64,000 nucleotides of DNA from an uncultured Bacteroidia bacterium (lineage in GTDB: Bacteria > Bacteroidota > Bacteroidia > JAIBAJ01), in NCBI GenBank assembly GCA_965284645.1, contig OZ260106.1:144265-208264 (forward strand), written 5' to 3'. Position numbers and translations under genes: made by a program. Of the stretch, positions 57,934-64,000 are shown one piece after another (position 1 is the stretch's first letter; the number at the start of each line of letters is the position of its first letter). Below the pieces are notes generated by a model, which was given only the letters and a program-made list of their open reading frames with translations, did not search any database and was not told the origin of the DNA.

Positions 57934-58259
57934 TCCTTCAATTTGGGGTTATTTTTATGACGGTCAGCATCCCGCTTAGTCTTTTTTTCAAGGTTTTTCT
58001 CAAATGCTGCATGCAAATCCACTCCGGTTTGGTTAGCCAAGCAAATCAAAACAAACAGCACATCCGCCATTTCGTCGCCAAGTTTATCCGCTTCTTCCCC
58101 ACTTTTAAACGACTGTTCACCGTATTTCCGGGCCATAATCCGCGCCAGTTCACCCACTTCTTCCATCAGCAGGGCCGTATTGGTTAGTTCATTAAAATAC
58201 CGCACACCTGTGGTTTTAATCCAGGCATCAACGGTTGCTTGTGCTTCTTGTATGGTCAT
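57930..58259 (-). CDS. MazG-like nucleotide pyrophosphohydrolase
   Basis: MTIQEAQATVDAWIK...LMEEVGELARI...LGDEMADVLFVLICLAN (EExxE/D motifs). The ATG at 58259 is used because the track start at 58496 runs into repeat copy 7. ATGA overlap with the AddB-like gene. Confidence 0.85.
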   Translation of the reverse strand: MTIQEAQATVDAWIKTTGVRYFNELTNTALLMEEVGELARIMARKYGEQSFKSGEEADKLGDEMADVLFVLICLANQTGVDLHAAFEKNLEKKTKRDADRHKNNPKLKD

Positions 58260-58367
58260 GGCTGCAAAATGGCAAAAAATGCGAAAAGCCAAGGTAGAAA
58301 GTTTAGGCCTTGGAAAAATCAATACATCAAAAAGGATTTTGGATAAAGTTGGACAATAAAAATACAG

Positions 58368-58530
58368 GTTTGGCGGGTCCCCTTGCGCCCAAAACCAGGT
58401 GGCCATTACATAGGCATAGGTGCCCGGCGCAAGGGTCGCGCTTTCGCTAGTACTCCTCGGTCTGCTCCGTTCCTCCGCAGCCCTGTGGGGTACCACGCTC
58501 TATCGCTACCCGGGGTTCTTCGTGCCCGGT
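58368..58530 (+). repeat. Family-1 intergenic repeat, copy 7 (forward, diverged)
   Basis: gtttggcgggtccccttgcgcccaaaacc, then ggtcgcgctttcgctagtactcctcggtctgctccgttcctccgcagccctgtggggtaccacgctctatcgctacccggggttcttcgtgcccggtt. Confidence 0.8.
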
Positions 58531-58936
58531 TTTTGGTGAAGTACAGGCAGTGGTTTTTAAATTTAAATTCATTTCATTTTGAAATTCAAAAAAATTAAAA
58601 CACCCATTTCCTTCAGCTTTAGTTATTAGAAAATAAAAATTGGATATGGTTTTTTTTCTAATCTATACAAAGGTCTTCCGTATTAAAATTTTGGCATTTT
58701 TCAATTTCTTTTGGAAAGTTAAAATATTTCATTTGTGATAAAGAATGGCATGCCAAAAAGCTAACTTTTCCAATTTTTAAAAAAACTTACAATTACCAAA
58801 AATTCCACAACACATTATTTGCCAATATTTTAGACATAAAAATACTTACCTTAAAATACCTATTTTTAAAAATATTTGAGAAATTAAAATTTTTCATTTT
58901 TGGACAATTCCAATTTAAAAAAATCAAATAGTAACT

Positions 58937-61051
58937 ATGAGAATTTTCACTCTATTATCATTTATATTAAGTATTCCTTTTTATATAAAAGCTCAAAATA
59001 ATGGGTTTTACGATAAATGTAATAAATTGCCTATTAGTCAAGGCATATGGAATAATTTAACAAGTTCAAGTGATGCAGTTTACGTTGTTGGAGATAATGG
59101 ACGTTGCTTTATATCATACCTAGACGGTGGAATTTTGGATATATCAACAGGAGTAAGTCAAAATTTACATGGCGTGCAGTTTCTCTCACCATTAATTGGT
59201 TTTGCTTGGGGAAATCAGGGTACTTTAATTAAAACTACAAATGGAGGATTAGATTGGAATTTAATAACAATTCCGGTTCAAGACAGTATAGCTCATACTC
59301 AATTTATTGATCAATCTAATGGTTACTTTTTGGCAAACGGAAGTTTATTTAAAACAACAAATGGCGGTTTAAGTTGGACTCAACTAAATTTACCACAAGA
59401 TTTAGTTACTAATAGTTTTCATTTTCTCAACCTAAATGAGGGATTAATTACAGCCAACAACACGGTTGGACCCAATTTTGCTGGTAAAATATTTAAAACT
59501 ATTAACGGCGGAGTAACTTGGATTGAAAAGGCAAGTGGCCCTTTATTGGGTAATTTATCAAATATTTATTCAAAGCTAAAATTCGTAAACGATCATGTTG
59601 GATATGCCCCAGGAGGAGGTTTTTCAATAAGCAAAACAATCGACCGGGGTGAAACCTGGTCTGTACCAGATTTTACAGGTTCAGGAACGCCAATTCTATA
59701 TTCCGATATTTATTATACACTAAGCGCAAGAAATAATCCTGATACAATCATTTATTTTTACAACCTTGGAGGCGCTGGAACACCAAGAGCATCATATGGC
59801 CTATACGGTCCAAATCCATGGGGTATTTATGATGCGGGAGAAGCTATTGGAATAAAAAACATTAGTCTGTTATCTCACAATGGAATTGAAAGACTTTATG
59901 TCTTAAGCGAAACCTCATTGTATGCGTATTTTTTAAATGGGCCAATACCAATAGCTAAAAAGCTTAGTTTTACAAATGTTGTGATTCCCAATGCTACAAA
60001 TCCTCATAATCTTATTGAGCCAGGTAGAAAGGTTAGATTTAAAGTCTTAGTAAAAAACCTTGCTGACACTATCTATTTTGGAAATAACAATTTACTTACT
60101 TTAAGTGGAAAACTTAGATGCAATAGCCCTTATTTAACAATAGTGGATAGCTTATGCACATTCAATAATGTACTTGAAGGAGACTCTGCTTGGTCAGCGG
60201 ATGAATTTGAATTTGAAATTGATTCAAACATTCCTAATGGTCACATTGTAAATTTTGATATTGAAATAGATGATGAGATTTTACTGGGTGGGCCATGGAA
60301 TAATTGTTTGAGTTTTCCATATGTTAAAAACCCCTTTATCATTAACAATACAGTTATTGATGATGATAATATTCCTGACAGTCAAGGCAACAACAACAAT
60401 ATTGCCGAGCCAGGCGAAACTATCGAGATTTTACCATTGGCAGATAATTCCACTCAACATAAATTATCAAATATTACTGGCACCTTATTTTCCTATTTCC
60501 CTGAAATAAAAATCTGGAACGACACAATGGGTTCTACTACAACAGTGTATAATAAATACCCATATGGCCAATTTTTACCCTTAAGTTTAAACCAAATGCC
60601 GAACGAAGATTTTGTTTTTGAAAACAATTTCTTGGATACCTATAATTTGGAGTTCTCTATGTTATTTCAAGGAAATATTAGCGTTTTCTCAACAGGTATA
60701 GGGCAAATAAAAACGTTTGAGAGTTTAGATTATTTATGGGGGACAGGATTTGTTATGAATGCAGGCTATCCAAATCCACCATTAGCCTTAGGCCCAAATA
60801 CAATGACTAGCTCCATTGTATTTGGACCTAATCCTTTTAATTATGAATGTACCTTTAAAATTGGAGACTATAAAAATTATGCTACTTGTAAATTAACTAT
60901 ATACAATATTTTAGGGGAAGTTATTCAAGTATTAAAATTTGAAAATGATTCAATATCATTTAAAAGAGGAAATTTAAAAAATGGTATTTACTTGTTTAGT
61001 ATTGAAGATGGCAATTTAAACCTAACAAGAGGAAAAATAATCATTGAGTAG
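58937..61051 (+). CDS. Secreted BNR/Ycf48-like beta-propeller protein with a T9SS C-terminal sorting domain
   Basis: Signal peptide ..FYIKAQ. Repeated KTTNGGLDW, KTTNGGLSW, KTINGGVTW and KTIDRGETW BNR-like motifs. The C-terminus is FGPNPFNYECTFKI...LTIYNILGEVIQVL...GIYLFSIEDG. Confidence 0.85.
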   Translation: MRIFTLLSFILSIPFYIKAQNNGFYDKCNKLPISQGIWNNLTSSSDAVYVVGDNGRCFISYLDGGILDISTGVSQNLHGVQFLSPLIGFAWGNQGTLIKTTNGGLDWNLITIPVQDSIAHTQFIDQSNGYFLANGSLFKTTNGGLSWTQLNLPQDLVTNSFHFLNLNEGLITANNTVGPNFAGKIFKTINGGVTWIEKASGPLLGNLSNIYSKLKFVNDHVGYAPGGGFSISKTIDRGETWSVPDFTGSGTPILYSDIYYTLSARNNPDTIIYFYNLGGAGTPRASYGLYGPNPWGIYDAGEAIGIKNISLLSHNGIERLYVLSETSLYAYFLNGPIPIAKKLSFTNVVIPNATNPHNLIEPGRKVRFKVLVKNLADTIYFGNNNLLTLSGKLRCNSPYLTIVDSLCTFNNVLEGDSAWSADEFEFEIDSNIPNGHIVNFDIEIDDEILLGGPWNNCLSFPYVKNPFIINNTVIDDDNIPDSQGNNNNIAEPGETIEILPLADNSTQHKLSNITGTLFSYFPEIKIWNDTMGSTTTVYNKYPYGQFLPLSLNQMPNEDFVFENNFLDTYNLEFSMLFQGNISVFSTGIGQIKTFESLDYLWGTGFVMNAGYPNPPLALGPNTMTSSIVFGPNPFNYECTFKIGDYKNYATCKLTIYNILGEVIQVLKFENDSISFKRGNLKNGIYLFSIEDGNLNLTRGKIIIE

Positions 61052-61101
61052 AGCAAAAACAATTTTCGAAAATCTAATTTCAATTAAACAATAAATAATT
61101 C

Positions 61102-61632
61102 ATGAAAAAATTTAGCATTTTACTTCTCGTAGTTGTATATTTCAGTTCCTGCAAAAAATTTCAAAAAGGTGTTAATGAAGTGGCAGGTGATAGTGGCACC
61201 CAATACGTCTGCATAGTTGAAGAGCCTAGGCCTGGACAAACAGACGGAGTTCTATTCCACTATGCATCATCTACCTTCTACTATTGGCCTGATAAAAGTT
61301 GCAGCGACTTGGGTTATACAAAAAAATCGGGAGATGATCAATACCAAAACCCAAACGGCATGGATCTTCCGGGAGAAAATGGATATTGGGCGGATGGAGG
61401 TATAAATGGAGGTGGTGGCGGAAATGGAGGTGGTGGCAATCCATCTTTCTGCGCCAGTGGTTATAATGAACCAACATCAGATGGTCAACTAAGTGCATTC
61501 TGCGAGTCAGCGTTTTATTATCGATGCAATGGCTATTCATTAAGCTCCCAAGAGGTAAGCTATTCATGTGAACAGTATTCCAACCTGCAAAGCCTCGGAG
61601 GAAACTTTCCAGATTGTCAATACTGTCAATAA
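61102..61632 (+). CDS. Cys- and Gly-rich lipoprotein, unknown function
   Basis: Lipobox LLLVVVYFSSC, a poly-Gly segment GGINGGGGGNGGGGN, 8 further Cys, and an ending of DCQYCQ. Confidence 0.65.
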   Translation: MKKFSILLLVVVYFSSCKKFQKGVNEVAGDSGTQYVCIVEEPRPGQTDGVLFHYASSTFYYWPDKSCSDLGYTKKSGDDQYQNPNGMDLPGENGYWADGGINGGGGGNGGGGNPSFCASGYNEPTSDGQLSAFCESAFYYRCNGYSLSSQEVSYSCEQYSNLQSLGGNFPDCQYCQ

Positions 61633-61650
61633 ATTAAACAAAAACGAACT

Positions 61651-62334
61651 TTGAATCCAAAAGTAAAAATTTCTTTCTACGTCTTATTAATAGCCAGTTT
61701 GGTATTAAATATTTTTCTTTTAAAGATAACATATGTCTCTAGAGTTCACCCTAACAAACAAAAAATAAATAATCAGAATTACAATAAAAACATATTTATC
61801 CCAAAAAGAGATTATTTAAACATGCGGTCTATTGGAAAAGAAAATGCCCCAATAAAGCTTGTTATGTTTACTGATTATGAATGTTATTACTGTCATCAAT
61901 TCTTCCAAGAAACATTCTCATTAATTAATAAAAATTTTATTGAAAAAGGTGTAGTTCAGTTTTATATTAAAAACTTCCCATCAAAATCACATTATGAAGG
62001 ATTTAAAATGGCCCTTTTATTAAGCTCTATTAAGAATGACAGTGCATTTTGGAAATACCATTTAGAAATAATGCAATCCAATACACCACTGGATGGTTCT
62101 TGTATCAATAAAATAGCAAAATCAGAAAATATAAACAATATTGATTTGAACAAAATATTTCGTGACAGCCTTTTATTGAACAAACTGAATAAGGAAATCT
62201 CCTTTGCAAATAACAATGGAGTTTATGGGATACCAGCATTTTCTATCAATGGCAAGCTATTTATTGGAAATAGAAATGCTAATGATTTTATCACTTTAAT
62301 TGAAAAGACCTTGATTGAGAAAGAGGAAAATTGA
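61651..62334 (+). CDS. Membrane-anchored DsbA-like thioredoxin-fold protein (CYYC active site)
   Basis: N-terminal TM ISFYVLLIASLVLNIFLL. FTDYECYYCHQF is a CxxC motif, and a GIPAFSINGKLF cis-Pro-loop-like motif is present. TTG start. Confidence 0.7.
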   Translation: MNPKVKISFYVLLIASLVLNIFLLKITYVSRVHPNKQKINNQNYNKNIFIPKRDYLNMRSIGKENAPIKLVMFTDYECYYCHQFFQETFSLINKNFIEKGVVQFYIKNFPSKSHYEGFKMALLLSSIKNDSAFWKYHLEIMQSNTPLDGSCINKIAKSENINNIDLNKIFRDSLLLNKLNKEISFANNNGVYGIPAFSINGKLFIGNRNANDFITLIEKTLIEKEEN

Positions 62335-62455
62335 CTTAAATAAATATTTTCTACAAAAAAATTGAATTAACCTGTTAAATCCAACCATTAATTGAGTCTT
62401 CGTATCTTATCTTTAAAAAAAATATATCAATAACTAAAAATAATAATTTTGTTCC

Positions 62456-63124
62456 ATGAAAAATCTCCAAATTACTTTAATTCTTATTATATTTTTTAGT
62501 TCTCTTGAGGTTTTTGCAAGAGACAAAAAAGTACGATTTAGCACTTCAGAACCCGATGCGAAAATTTGGGTAGAAGGTAAAATGCTTGGGACTGGCCAAG
62601 TAGATGTTACAGTTCCTGCCTATGCCTGTATTACTATAAGTGTTGAGAAAACAGGTTTTTTAAAAGGAATTATAGAAATTTGTAACAAGCCGGGCTTTAC
62701 TCCCCCTCCAAAAATTTACCAATATAAAATGGAAAAAGATGATGCCTATGAATCATCTGAAGCTACCGATGTAGCTAACGTTGATATTGAATTAAAAGTG
62801 AAGAAAAATCAGGATGAGGCTTGGCGATTGCTTACCCAAATCATTACTTCATATGTGGATGCCATTGAAATTACAGACAAAGAAACTGGTTATTTAAGGA
62901 CAGCTTGGGTAGTTAAAACATTTAAGCAAGCTACTATTCGCACTAGGCTCATTGTAAAATTAGGAAATGCATCCCCTTTAAGTTATAAAGTAAAACTTGT
63001 AAGTGAAATTTCTGAAGTGCCTAATGCTAGTGTAAAAAACGACGAACAATTCAAAGAATGGGACCGGGTTTTAAGGAAATATAAACCTATATTCAGTGAA
63101 TTAGAGTCGCGTATTGCCAATTAA
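62456..63124 (+). CDS. Secreted hypothetical protein with an N-terminal PEGA-like beta-sandwich
   Basis: Signal peptide, then STSEPDAKIWVEGKMLGTGQVDVTVP, which resembles a PEGA motif. Confidence 0.55.
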   Translation: MKNLQITLILIIFFSSLEVFARDKKVRFSTSEPDAKIWVEGKMLGTGQVDVTVPAYACITISVEKTGFLKGIIEICNKPGFTPPPKIYQYKMEKDDAYESSEATDVANVDIELKVKKNQDEAWRLLTQIITSYVDAIEITDKETGYLRTAWVVKTFKQATIRTRLIVKLGNASPLSYKVKLVSEISEVPNASVKNDEQFKEWDRVLRKYKPIFSELESRIAN

Positions 63125-63143
63125 GCTGCGCTCTTATTATCCG

Positions 63144-63197
63144 AAAGCCTGCAAATTTCAATAACCTCAGTTGTTGGAATTTGCAGGCTTTTTTTAT
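63144..63197 (+). terminator. Strong rho-independent terminator ending the four-gene operon
   Basis: aaagcctgcaaatt...aatttgcaggcttt: a 12-bp perfect stem followed by a T7 run. Confidence 0.75.
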
Positions 63198-63218
63198 TTG
63201 AACTATTTGATTTATTTC

Positions 63219-63340
63219 CGATTATAAATCTGTAATAGTCCAATTATGCTTCGCAATTATTTGCCTAAACAGCTTTTATATCGGAATTTACCGATCTAAA
63301 TTTATAACCTGCCATTGGACCATTTATAAATTAAAATTGG
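63219..63340 (+). repeat. Family-2 mosaic repeat, copy c (modules Y+Z)
   Basis: ccgattataaatctgtaatagtccaattatgcttcgc..cagcttttatatcgg matches 19631-19708. ctaaatttataacctgccattggaccatttataaattaaa matches 28655-28705. Confidence 0.85.
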
Positions 63341-63417
63341 TATAATTGGTGCAATTAGAAATTACCCTAAATTCGAATTAACCCAGATTACGCATTAAAA
63401 ATGGATAAACGATTAAC

Positions 63418-63459
63418 CAGTTGTAAATCAATTGGTATGGCCAAATTGATTTACAACTG
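63418..63459. repeat. Perfect 16-bp inverted repeat (hairpin or palindromic site)
   Basis: cagttgtaaatcaatt-ggtatggcca-aattgatttacaactg. Confidence 0.7.
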
Positions 63460-63657
63460 CTATCCCGAAATTTCTTCGAGAGGGGTAAACCCAACTAAAT
63501 CAAGCAGTTCGGATTAGTAAATCCCCCACATTGATTAATTTGGGATTAATCAACTGATTTAAAAGTCATTAACCGCCCTTTTGATTATTCTGGAAGAAAC
63601 AACGCTATTCCCTTTACTTTGCCTTTCCCAAAATCAAAAGCAAAAACAGTTCGTAGT

Positions 63658-64000
63658 TTATTGCAATGATTTTGCTATTTCTACAAAGGTCATGTAACCG
63701 GGATGTACTTTCCCATTCAACACGAAGGAGGGTGTTCCACTGATATTCAAGGCTTCGGCCGCTTTAAAATCGCCATTCACCTGTTGCAAAGTAAAAGGAG
63801 CATTGATACGCAACCGAATTTCTTCCTCTGTTAATCCGGCTTCAAAGGCAATTTTCATAGCCTGAAGGGAATCCGCAACATCTTCCTCTCGACTGGTAAA
63901 GGCATGATGAACTGGTAAGAACTTTCCCGTTTGTCGGCCTACCTCAACTAACTTGGCCAACAAAAACCCCATTTTATCCTCAGGCCTTGCCATACTTTTT
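63658..64000 (-). CDS. DsbA/FrnE-like thioredoxin-fold protein, C-terminal part (gene continues past the right edge)
   Basis: NISGTPSFVLNGKVHPGY is a cis-Pro-loop motif. No CxxC lies in the visible part, and the frame is open upstream of the track ATG to base 64000. Confidence 0.65.
   Translation of the reverse strand, partial: KSMARPEDKMGFLLAKLVEVGRQTGKFLPVHHAFTSREEDVADSLQAMKIAFEAGLTEEEIRLRINAPFTLQQVNGDFKAAEALNISGTPSFVLNGKVHPGYMTFVEIAKSLQ

Noticed and set aside
57930-58496. The 188-aa version of the MazG-like ORF.
   Set aside because: The first 79 codons run through family-1 repeat copy 7 and have no similarity to MazG. The conserved domain begins at the ATG at 58259.
1-64000. A search for tRNA, rRNA, tmRNA, CRISPR arrays, transposases, integrases and phage structural genes.
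   Set aside because: No cloverleaf-type GTTCGAATC/T-loop contexts, no rRNA-like segments, no repeat-spacer arrays and no recombinase motifs were seen in any listed ORF. The accessory blocks therefore lack an identifiable mobility gene within this window.

Overview
This is a chromosomal window from a Bacteroidota genome. The phylum call is an inference from three things: three secreted proteins with T9SS-type C-terminal sorting domains, a long YidC, and TAnnTTTG promoter boxes. About 50 genes are supported.

Housekeeping content:
- The 5' half of the dcw cluster, mraZ-rsmH-ftsL-ftsI-murE-mraY-murD, which ends abruptly after murD.
- queD-folE, a DinB/GT2/GT/SDR operon, yidC, and mntR-mntH.
- An ABC ATPase coupled to a histidine kinase.
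- An M28 (glutaminyl cyclase-like)/M23/IMPase/YggS operon.
- dnaB, thioredoxin-fold genes, and a 1126-aa coiled-coil membrane protein.
- A Cys/Met PLP enzyme, prolyl oligopeptidase, rocD, and an AddB-like nuclease with a MazG-like gene.

Two accessory blocks look more AT-rich than their surroundings by eye (not computed):
- Block 1, about 19.36-29.85 kb, is bracketed by inverted copies of an intergenic repeat. It holds a 2019-aa LamG plus 15x Ig-like-repeat T9SS adhesin whose signal peptide is cut off by a 1-nt frame offset in a T9 tract. It also holds a translationally coupled pair (an HTH-like protein and a transmembrane non-RD Hanks kinase) and a HigB/HigA-type TA pair.
- Block 2, about 58.55-63.2 kb, is a four-gene operon: a BNR-propeller T9SS protein, a Cys/Gly-rich lipoprotein, a membrane-anchored DsbA-like CYYC protein and a PEGA-like protein.

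Two uncharacterised families of modular intergenic repeats (7 and 3 copies) mark almost every synteny break.

No tRNA, rRNA, CRISPR array, transposase or integrase was seen. All homology calls come from motif recognition by eye. No searches were run.
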